A stretch of DNA of 64,000 nt, taken from NCBI GenBank assembly GCA_002633005.1, contig NMRA01000183.1, positions 291,371 through 355,370 of the forward strand, in the 5' to 3' direction. Below are positions 26,045-37,400 of the stretch, piece by piece; position 1 is the first letter of the stretch; each line of letters begins with the position of its first letter. Both the position numbers and the translations under genes were made by a program. Below the pieces are notes generated by a model. It was not told where the DNA came from, ran no database searches, and saw nothing but the letters and a program-made list of their open reading frames with translations. The DNA comes from Phoronis australis (taxonomy: Eukaryota; Animalia; Phoronida).

Positions 26045-28316
26045 ACAGTGTATATAGACTAGAGGTCGGTGTAAATAGACCAAGAGATTTTAATAATAGT
26101 TGTAATCTTATAAGTGTATAGCGGTGAGTCAAAACACCTGAAAACTACCGGTTTGTCACGTGAAGTCACGATTAACTCTACACTGAGCCGTCCATCCGTA
26201 ACTTATCGGTAATTTCCGTACGTTCCTTGACCTCGAACTGTCAAAATGCGAGGTACATGTACCTGTATGTGTGGACTTTTGGGGAACTGCAACGACTTCC
26301 GCAATTTCTTCTCCAACATTTTCTACTTGCTTTCGTTCTTTCCCATTGTGTCCATCGTTCACGCTTCGCGATTTCACCTGGATAACCGGAAATCTGTTTC
26401 AAAAGGTATGCCATCTGGCGACTGACACTTATCCAGCAAAGGTGGCGCTGCTGTACGTGAACTTGAATCCTGCTTTATCTCAAGATTAAGCGCAAGTGAG
26501 TGTTGCGTGAATTTGGAATTCCCGCAAGTGATCTTGGTATTAAGCAAGCTGCCTCATCCCGTACGTGAACTTGGAATATTGCGTGAACTTGGAATTAAGC
26601 GGCTGCCTGACACCCAATCACAGAACAAGGCGTTTGGGCTGAAGTCATTACTGAACCGATAGGGTACGGGGAGAAGAGAGTTAAAAATCGAGATATAGCT
26701 CCTGTGGCTTGTCCTGGTTGTGAATTGGGGGATCTTTGTGAAATTGCTCACTATGGATGTGGTTACACGAACTGTGAACGGTTCTGGCTACCGCTATAGG
26801 CAAGGTGTTTGCTTCCGTAGATTCAGTGTTCTTTGACGGTCTCAATGGAATGTTGCAAACAAGTTTCCGTTAAGATGGCGTTTGCATCCTTCCATTTCCG
26901 GGTATGGATTTGATGTATTCTGCCTCAACTGGTCGCGATTTTATTATTTTTGGGTTGTGTGCCTCTTTACAGGGGTTCGCCAAACCGCTCACGGGATCGT
27001 TATGGAAATTGCAGATTGTATTTCTATTGACAAAAAGACGACTGATATAGGTTGTCAGATGGGTCCAAATACTCCGGTGACCCCTAGCGGAGTTTTTGTA
27101 TCTTCGCTCGTGTCCCTTGAAAGATCTTTTGGATGCGTGGCAAGTACATTCATGTGTTAACACTTACGAAAAGATGTAAGTGTTGCACTACCTCTTCACT
27201 TCCAAATAGCAAATTGTTTTTATCATGCTCGCCTCAAATTCGGGACTGATTTTCATGAAATTTAGCAAACAGCTCTCTATTTGGGAGACGACGATGTCTT
27301 TCCATTTTTGCAGGCGTTTGGTGTGTACATGTAGTCCGCGTCACTTTCTAATAAACAACCCTAGAAGCACACCGTTTGCGTTGCAGTCGTGGGCGCATTT
27401 TAACGTTCCGCGTTGCTTTAGTTTGGTAATTTCCAATGTTCGAAGTTTTGACCAATGCATAATAAAAATACACTCACGTTACGTGCACCAAGGGTGTTTT
27501 TCATGTTAGGAGGGCTGCAGTATACATCGATCGGACTGTGTCAACTACTACGGTCTGGCTCTGGTCCGCTTCCTTCAGCTTTGCATAAGTTGTTGGATTA
27601 ATTTAAGTTTACCACGTATTTGTATATGATATTTGATCCTGAATTTTTACCGAGGACCAAGCGGAATCAAAGGTCCAATTAGTATATAAGTTTGCATAGT
27701 TTTGGATGACTTCCAGAATATGTTCTTTACAGCAAGTGAGAGGGTCGATATTCTAAAATGTTTGTGTTTATATAGCCGTCTTTTGAAGCGTTGAACATGT
27801 TTTCCGTTTAGTTGAATTAGTCATTTACATGCAAGTTACATGTACCTCTCTGGTCTTTCCCATTTGCTGCTCGCTAAAGTTCTAGCAAAACGCTAGCGTT
27901 TTACACATTTGTGAACGGGTATAAATGAAATGTGCGTCAGCATTTGCCGAACAGCGATGACAGCAACAAGCGTGCTTTAAGCGCGTGGGTCACAGTAAAA
28001 AGATATCACTGATGAACTGTTCTGTACGTGAAGGCAGATTATATTATTACCATCACCCTTACATGCACTAATACCAATTCTTAATCTATGATCTTTACAC
28101 CAGTGACACGTTATACAATAAGAATCTATGTATTTGTATTTTCTATACTAAAACAGTATCTACAATGTACACTATTTCTGGTTAAGATTTAGTGGAATAA
28201 ACAGCTCGGACAGTTCAAAAGTGAGTGCGCAATAATAAAATCTGACAGTCAAACATATTTCGCTGTGTGACAATTTAGTTATTATAGCTGATGTCTGTTT
28301 CTTTTAAACATCAGCA

Positions 28317-28495
28317 TCAGCAATTTACTTTATTAGGCCAGTCGCAAACGCAGATTTCAACATTAAACAGTAACGGAATTGGACAATCGAATTCCCAACC
28401 CGATCCAGACGCGCCTGCAAACGCCGCCAACTCCTGACGAAATCCTTTGCATTTATTTATCGGTGTGTATCGACTGCCGTTGCTTTCGCAATAAG
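28317..28495 (-). CDS. Terminal exon: chitin-binding type 2 / peritrophin-A domain
   Basis: catttacag| then (A)YCESNGSRYTPINKCKGFRQELAAFAGASGSGWEFDCPIPLLFNVEICVCDWPNKVNC-stop. The CP..LLFN...CDWP..V.C pattern is the CBM14 signature. Confidence 0.85.
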
Positions 28496-31400
28496 CTGTA
28501 AATGAAACGAGAACGAGGGTTACTGCAGCTCAGAAATCAGTGTGTTGATAAAAATATCCTCACTTTACATGTACTTAACATCCATGGTATGCTAACCCGA
28601 TTTGTGACTAAACTTAGCTAGGTATGAACATTGTTTTGTCAGTAATCTGAATGAAACGATTCCATCATTGCATTATTTCGCCTAGTATTTCTATCTCCGC
28701 TGACTCATTAGATACTAGTTTTACAATAACTCTAACCACCACCGCTACTCCAACTAACTTGCATTAACAGTGCTACTTCTGCTACTGCACTGCTAATGTT
28801 AGCTGTTATCGCTACAGTTTCCATCAATTATATTTTCACTTGTATTTTTATTACTGGAAATGCAACTATTATACATTAAAATAATACCCTCAGGACATCC
28901 TGCTTTCTGTTATCAGTGCATTGTCAACTGAAACTTACCTTTGCTTTGGGTTCTTTCTACGCATTTTCCATTGGTTTCGACGTAACCATCCTTACATGAA
29001 CACTTTTTCAGCTCGACATCACAAACCGCATTTTCTTGACACTTTGTTCCGCCCGTCGAACAGGGGACAGTTGATACAGCTTGATAATGTGAAATCAATA
29101 AATCAATATCAATATCAAGCCTTATGAATACAGGAAACAATCTAGAATTATGTTAACTCAGTGGCCAGGCGCTTTAAAAGGACTATAAACCCCTTTTTGC
29201 TACAAAAACGAACGTTTTGAGAACACATACGGTTACTGAATATGATCTCGAAGTCAACTTAGAGGAAATGTATGGGGTTGAAAAGAATTAGCAGTTGAAC
29301 TTCAATCGGGCTCTACTGTCGGCTTGAATTAACGAGTCAGTTTATGCGGAGAGTGTGGCCTCAACGTCTGTTTCGTGCAAGACGATCATAGAAATCACTT
29401 TTCCGTCGTAATTCACATAATCCACCAAACACTGACAATCTCTCCTTGTCATGTTGCAAGCTACATATTCAGGACGTGCTTTTTCCAAACTTGCGAGGGA
29501 CATACCATATGTGTGGAAAATATATAAAGATAATGCTTCTTAGTAGTGATGGACCAATGACGTAAAGCAATCAAATTTGATTTGATATATTAAGGAATTG
29601 TCCATTACTGGTGAAAGTTTCAGTGCTGTTGTTACGTTTTTCAACCTATTGCATGCATTAATGCTAAAAACCGAATTAACCAATACGTCAGTTTTAACTA
29701 ATGTTGAAAGGGATGATGGGTGATGGCTTCCTTGATGTTACCCAAGTGTCATGAATTTCACAACTAAGGTCAATTTAACAAACAGTGCCTCGGATGGCTA
29801 TGACGTCCTGTGTAACCAATGGTAACAGAGTTTTGTTTCCACTCTATTATGAATTTAGAAACCCTATTGCCTCTACACAGTAGCATTACTGTATCCGCGA
29901 TCAGCATCACGATTTTCCTTAAATAAGCGGTTATTGACGTCTTACCCGTTGCATTGAATACCGTTCAAGTCTCAGACCCTAACAAATTTCATTGCGTGCG
30001 CGTCATGAATGCGTACGCAGAACCTTACATTTTAACGCAAGATGAAATAACAAAAGAAAGCAGATGACAGGCAAGTTAACGTTTTTTTGAGAAAATGCAA
30101 ATTTGAAAAAGAACTGTACATTAAATAGTATTAAAATTACCCAATTTCGTTTAATTGAATTACTACTAGTCAAGAAATCACTGTGACTTCTAGAGACGTA
30201 CTTTCGGAAACGGCTTGTTAAGAGATATTGTTACAAACGACCTTACCATCCAGTTCCCTGACAAGACAATTTTCTATAACCTTCGACAAATTTGGAGGAA
30301 AGAACTTTTTTCGACGTCTGCTAAGCGTGCAAGCGTGACCAACCCTTTCAGTGTCGTTTTTAGTTAATTCCGACCTTTAACTTTCAAGATTGACAACAAT
30401 GATGCATTAGCAGTTGACAGAACGACAATTTACTGAAATCGTCAAAACAAGGTTTAGTATCGTTTTAAATTAGTTTGGATTACGTTCAGAGTGACAACTG
30501 TTGCCGGATACTATGACGTAGCCCTCGACATAACACATGGAAAAAAGTTTCAAACATTTCCGCTGAACTCGCGTTGCTATAGATACAGATAAATCAAAAC
30601 ACGCAAATGTATGGAAACAGCCCTTCATCAACTTTGAAAAGGGATGAGGTACATGTAGAGTAATAGTTCTCATAGCATAAGCAAACAAATTTACGCACTG
30701 TAGGATTTTGAAATGTCATTAGTATTACGATGAGAGTGAAAATTACGCATTTCAGATTACACTGTTGTTTATCTGCCCGTTGACACACTTTCTTTGCCCT
30801 CAAACTATCACGCGTATTCTTCACCTAATCACGCATTTGTGAAGATCCTTTAGTTCCGCAGTTGGTCATGTGCTCTCTGGCGAATTAAATTTCTGAATAG
30901 TTTTACTCATAGACATGATTACCTTTACACGAATAACAAGGAAGGGTCAAGGAACCCGAACCTTAAAGGCACATTATCGTTTCTCCGGCAGAAAATGATG
31001 GTTTGGGAATTATTGTTGAATGGCAAAGGCTTCCCGAATCCGTTTGACCAAAGCTTGAAATTCTCTCAATAGCTCGTACTTGGACTTCTTGTCTTTTATG
31101 AGATCCTCACGGTCATGGGATTACTATCACCAGCAATGTGCGTACATGTAGCTTGCAGAGGAACGACTTTACAAACGTTACCGGGAATAAAAATAAACAT
31201 GAAGCCCATGTTTCGACAAGTACACAAAGCTAAAAATCATCTCAACAGGATTTCAGTGGAAGGAACGTGCGTACTAATGCATAAACTACTAGAACTTACT
31301 TTAAACACTTGATGAAACAGTGCTCAACCGCCATCTTCAGTTGGTCTCCTACTGTCCTTAATGGTTTCGTCCCTAAACCAAGACCATCTCTAGTAGGCGG

Positions 31401-34400
31401 GACAACAGAGTTGATCAGGCTCTGTCTGACGGTTGTTGGTGGTGCTGCTGTTGGTATTTAATCCAAATCCAACAAGATGCCTGTTCAGCTTCAGTGGCTG
31501 CGTCGCGTAGCAGAGCCTTCTTTCCCGACACGGAGACGCCAAGACACCTCGCCATGGTAATGACCGAACTGGCCGGAAAACCCCGGCAGCCGACCTCCAC
31601 AGGAAAACTCCAACATCTCCAGCCGTTAACATGACAATCATTCCTAAGGTCTGCGTACTTCAAGTTCTTTCGCTCGTGTGCCTCTTCCACCCTACTCTCC
31701 CACGGGATAGTGAGCTCAATTAAGATGACCTGGTGGGAACTGTCCGAGTATATAACCAAGTCAGGGCGCTGGGTCGTCTGGACAATGTGTTGAGGGAAGA
31801 ATGACTGATGACCGGAAAGGTCTGCCCACACTCTCCAGTCGTTGGCTGTGTGCAGGATACCTTTCTGCGCAGGGGTCTTCCTTTTACTCGCCTCATCACC
31901 ACTTCTTANNNNNNNNNNNNNNNNNNNNNNNNNNNNNNNNNNNNNNNNNNNNNNNNNNNNNNNNNNNNNNNNNNNNNNNNNNNNNNNNNNNNNNNNNNNN
32001 NNNNNNNNNNNNNNNNNNNNNNNNNNNNNNNNNNNNNNNNNNNNNNNNNNNNNNNNNNNNNNNNNNNNNNNNNNNNNNNNNNNNNNNNNNNNNNNNNNNN
32101 NNNNNNNNNNNNNNNNNNNNNNNNNNNNNNNNNNNNNNNNNNNNNNNNNNNNNNNNNNNNNNNNNNNNNNNNNNNNNNNNNNNNNNNNNNNNNNNNNNNN
32201 NNNNNNNNNNNNNNNNNNNNNNNNNNNNNNNNNNNNNNNNNNNNNNNNNNNNNNNNNNNNNNNNNNNNNNNNNNNNNNNNNNNNNNNNNNNNNNNNNNNN
32301 NNNNNNNNNNNNNNNNNNNNNNNNNNNNNTTCTACCACGGATGAGACTGGCAGGACAAGTTTTGACGACTTGCAGTATAGTCCGACGTTGCTGAATGACG
32401 CAGGTAATCCAAACCACCTACGAATGAATCGGCTTGCTACCCTTTCCATTTCTTCAGCTGAGGATGACGTGACGTCTTAGACAAGCAGTGGCCACATAAG
32501 CTTCGGGAGCAAGATGAACTGATAGCACCAAAGCTTGAACCTTCCGGTTATGCCATCTTTGTCAATCTTCACAAGCCATACCTTGAGCTGGGCTTTCACG
32601 TCTTTAACTCGGGATGTGTCTCGTAGGCTGCTGTCATAGTACTTGCCCAGGCACTTGACTGGTTGTTCACTGATTGTTGGAATTCTGCGACCTGCTATAG
32701 AAAACGACTGTCTCTTGAGCAACACTCCTTTCCTTATGATTAATGATCTGGACTTCTCTGCCTTGAATGATATACGGGCCCATTTAGTGAGCTCTTCTAG
32801 GCGACGGAGAATTGTCCTGGCTCCCAATGGTGACTCTGTCACTATCGTAATGTCATCGATAAAAGCTAGATAGACTGAATTCAAATAATTTACCATGCTA
32901 CAGGTTGCCCGACCTAACCTACCTTCACATTTGCCGTTGTATATCACGTATCCAGATTTACAGTCGCACGTCCTCGTTTTGGTGTTGCATACTTTTTGTG
33001 AAGGGCATTTCCATCCACCGGACTCGCATGGAACTATTGACTCATCTGAAACGCGTCAATGTAGATAGTATGAGAGTGGGACACTTGAAATAACACACAC
33101 TGTATCTTGTTGAAAGAAAGTTTCAATAATACCAGTGCGTTTGTGGAAATCATCAACGTTGGTATGGAGTTTGTTCCATAGATTTGATTGTCACAGGTTC
33201 GGGACTGGGATTTGAAAATCGAATCCACAATTTAGAGTCACGTCCATGGATTTCCCACCCCCTGAAAAAGTTGAACATAAAAAATAAGAAACCATGATCG
33301 TTCATGATTCAAATGACTTACGTTCACACTTTCCGTCGTATTTCACATAACCAATCAAACATCGACATTCTTTGCTCGTGGTGTTGCAAACTGCATTCAC
33401 TGGGCATCTTCGTCCCCCAAATTCACACGGAACAGTCGATATCTCTGCAAAGTACATGTGATTTACCAGCCACGAGTGTCCCGAGGTCAGTCGATGGCCT
33501 CAACCAGTTAGGTCATCTGCTGACTCTTCAGAAATCGTATTTGCCATTAGTCTAAAAGGAACTCTATCTACACATGTGTACATGCAAGGCTGAATTCCTC
33601 TCCTTCCATAAAAACATGCTAGGACAATTACATGAGAACACTTTCATTACAACTGCTGGTACTGCTGGAGGATGGATCATCATGCATGTTAGTAGTATCC
33701 TACAAAGACATGAAGCAACTTTTAGTTCACCTCCCCAGATGTTTACAATCGTAACTATGCGTAGGCGCCCAATTAAATTTAGGCAATGAGGTTTGTCCAA
33801 GACACAAGTTCGTGTTGCCAACTTCGCCAAAATTCTAACAGCATAGATTTAGAAATCCTTGATTTCAAGCTCAGTACGTGATTTCGCCCTAATCTGGCTT
33901 ATGCTGGTGGATGATGTGATTAATGATCGTGGCCAAGTCATGAACGGCGAACTATAAGGGACTCGGGGGTTATAGCCCCACCTCCTCATTTTTTTAGTGC
34001 TGCGCCGCCCATGGTCTATGGGCGGTGCACAGGAGAGGGCTGGGACCTATAGGCCCCCTGTTTCAGTGCTGCTGCTCACTTGCAAGTTGTAAGCTAGTTG
34101 CAACAACCGGGAGTGGAATGACAAACACGACTTGAACCCCAACAAAGATTTCTGTCCTATTTTTTTCAAATGGCTTACTCCTTCCTGCAGTATACGCTCC
34201 AATAAAAAGCGTCTTTTGCCAAGACCTACCTTTGATCTAGGCAACCTACATGTACTACAGTAAACTAAAGAAAATCAGTCTCACATTGTCTCTTACTCAG
34301 ATTAGAAATAGCTTTTTAATTTTGGTGAAGCTCTGACAGAACTTGTGTATGGCGTTATCTACAGCAACTGCAGGTATGAAAGAGGCTGTACAGATGCGCA

Positions 34401-37400
34401 AAAGTTGATCTCTAGAACAACAAACGTCAGTTGCATGACACACACAAAATACACGCACTAGTCTGCAAGGTTGAATGAACTCTTGCCTGCGTTCTATGTT
34501 CTTTATTTTCACAGGATGCCTTTTCAAGTGAAAACTTACCACCTACCAATGATAATCCTCGCTGGATTTAATTCTTGAATACAGTCACACTTATATCAAA
34601 CAATGTTTAAACATCACGCATGTGGAGATTGTTTTGAAGATGTTGGGCGTTTGGTGGCTCTTCTAGTAAACAAGTCGTAAATGGCCATAATGGTAAACGG
34701 GCAACACATTGTTAGCGACAGCACTAAACAAGGTTTCTAATCTGTATTTTGAAGATGGCAATATGTAATTTAAAGTAATGTATCCGCTTCAAGCATACGG
34801 TTTTTCTCTTTGATGGGACATCTATCAATTACCACCGAACACAACATCAATAATAATCAAGTACTTGCTACCTTGTAAACAATAAAAATACGCGTTATTC
34901 TCTAACGTCCGTGTTTTTAAAGGGGAAATCAGACATTTTGATGTTAAGTCTTATAAGAAATACAGATCCCGGTTATCTAGGAAATGCATTTTCCGTGCTA
35001 ATTAGTACTCCCTTGCGTGTATTTATTATCCATGAAACGATAGAAGATGATGTAAGCGACCCCGCAAAAGAGCCTGCATCTTGAGTCTCCATTCACTTCC
35101 AATAAGGTCACATAATGCCCTACCATGTATCTAACAGGGAATCTGTATCTTTACTAAACGTCACATCAAAAACGGTTGCTTTCCCCTTAAGGGCGGCGAA
35201 TACTTAATTTTTTAACAGGCTTTAGTAATTATAAGATTATCAAATATCAAATGCGTAACAGCTTTTGATGAGCCTAGTCGAAAACTAAAAGTACTTTTAC
35301 GCAGCTGTATTCTCACTATAGGGTAGGAAAAGTGTTACCCTATTGACATAATTATGTTGTGACAATGGCAAACATTTGGATCGAATCCAATAGGTTAGAG
35401 GTGTTCACTTACTTTCACACTTTCCATTGTATTTCACATAACCCACTTTACACTGGCATTCTTTTCTCGTGATGTCGCAAACGCCATTTTCTGGGCATTT
35501 TCTTCCTCCCGACTTGCACGGAACAACCCATATATCTGTTAATACATACATGTGTTGGCGATGAGTCACAGAAAACTTATGTGTGTTCACACTACAACTG
35601 CATTCAATCAGAATAACTCTATTTAAACTTAATGGTCACATGTTGAAACGTAATTTTTTGATCTAAAGTAATGTGTAAATTATAATAACAACATATAAGC
35701 AGTGTTGTGCTATTAAAAAATTACAGAGGAAAATGAAAAGTGACACATCATACACGCCATCTTCACTATAATAGTGATAAAACATTGTCAGAACACAAAC
35801 TCTACAGTAAAAGTATGATTCACTCCAAACTCTGTCGAATTAAGTTTCTGAGTAGTTTTAAATGATTACCTTCGCACGAACTATAGGAAGGAGTCAAAGA
35901 ATCAGAACCTTAAAGGGACATGTAGTTCCTACGGCCCTAAGGCAGAAAATTGTTTTGGGCATTATCGTTGGAGGGCAAAGGCTTGCCGAAGATAGACACG
36001 GTCATGGGATTTTAATCACCAGCAATGTGCATACATGTAGCTTGCAGATGGACGATTTTACAAACGCTACCGAGTCTCAGAAATGTGAGACATATTTCGA
36101 CAAGTACACACAGGTATAAAATCGCCTCCCCACGATTTCTGTGGAAGGAACGCGCGTGCTAATTCATAAACTACTATAGAAATAACTGAAATCACATAAT
36201 TTACCATGCTACAGGTTGCCCGACCTAACTTACCTTCACATTTGCCCTTGTACATCACGTATCCAGGTTTACAGTCGCACGTTCTCGTTTTGGTGTTGCA
36301 TACTTTTTGTGAAGGGCATTTCCATCCACCGGACTCGCATGGAACTATTGACTCATCTGAAACGCGTCAATGTAGATAGTATGAGAGTGGGACACTTGAA
36401 ATAACACACACTGTATCTTGTTGAAAGAAATTTTCAATACTTCCACTGCGTTTGTGGAGTTCATCAACGTAGGCATCTAGTGTGTACCATGGATTTGATT
36501 TTCATTGGTTTGGGACTGAGATTTGAAGATGGAATACAGAGTTAAGAGTCACGTCCATGGATTTCCCACCCCCTGAAATAGTTGAAAACAAAAAGTATAA
36601 AAACACATCGTTAATGATTCGAATGACTCACGTTCACACTTTCCGTCGTATTTCACGTAACCCACCAAACATCGACATTGTTGGCTCGTGGTGTTGCAAA
36701 CTGCATTCACTGGGCACGTTCGTCCCCCAAATTCGCAGGGAACAGTCGATATCTCTGCAAAGTACATGTGTGATTTACCAGCCACGACTATCCCAAGGTC
36801 AGTCGATGGCATTAACCAGCTAGGGACTCTGCCGACTCTTCAGAAAACGTGTTTGCCACTAGTCTAAAAGGAACACTTCCCCCCCTTTCTATAAAAGCAA
36901 GGCTCAATTACTCTCCTATTACGAGTACCACATCTATGTGTGATGAATGTTGTCTGCTTACACAAATAGGCAGAAACGTGTTCAAATGGAGGGCCGTGAC
37001 AACTCTGTACAAGTTGTGCTCGAACTAAAACCAGTTGGAATTCTCGTTTCATCAAAAAAGCAACTTTTGTTTGAGGCCCCTTATGGTTATGAAATTGATC
37101 TCAACGATCAAATTGTAGGTTTTTGCAGGATCTTCGAAAGAATTGATAGTTCTTGATTGCTTTACACCAAACACGCTGGCTTGTTACGGCGTGACACTTT
37201 ATGCGTCATTCATCGTCTCAGTAAATGACCAACTGTCACTTCTTCCCAACTCCATGGCAACACTTCCTAGCTGAGTAAATATCAAGCTGTCATCAATTCA
37301 TAGCGATAAGTGGTCAAAATAAAAAAGTTAGTTTCTTGGGCAGAACACCGGTTTACAATGCCAGAAATTTGTAACATGCACTACTGCGCATGCGCTAAAC

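Larger units (their letters stand above)
24433..26105 (+). mobile_element. Penelope/Poseidon-like retroelement, 5'-truncated and frameshifted, bounded by a TSD
   Basis: MVSFDVESLFTCVP, MGSPLSPVL, WKRYVDDTF, LPFLDVL and VIYEILCECGESYIGE (GIY-YIG). 11-bp TSD tcttataagtg at 24422-24432 and 26106-26116. Perfect 29-bp inverted repeat at 24464-24492 / 26078-26106. Confidence 0.92.
35845..36875. repeat. Intragenic segmental duplication, paralog of 30890-31293 plus 32870-33565
   Basis: Exons and intervening introns align closely between the two blocks. The other copy is split by the HERO LINE. Confidence 0.9.

Noticed and set aside
31801-32480. Long ORFs full of X
   Set aside because: Artefacts of the N gap. 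Only the minus-strand HERO frame is meaningful.
32477-32947. Apparent EGF-RT fusion ORF
   Set aside because: Chance read-through from the EGF exon end across its donor (32922) into the truncated HERO RT. Splicing removes it.
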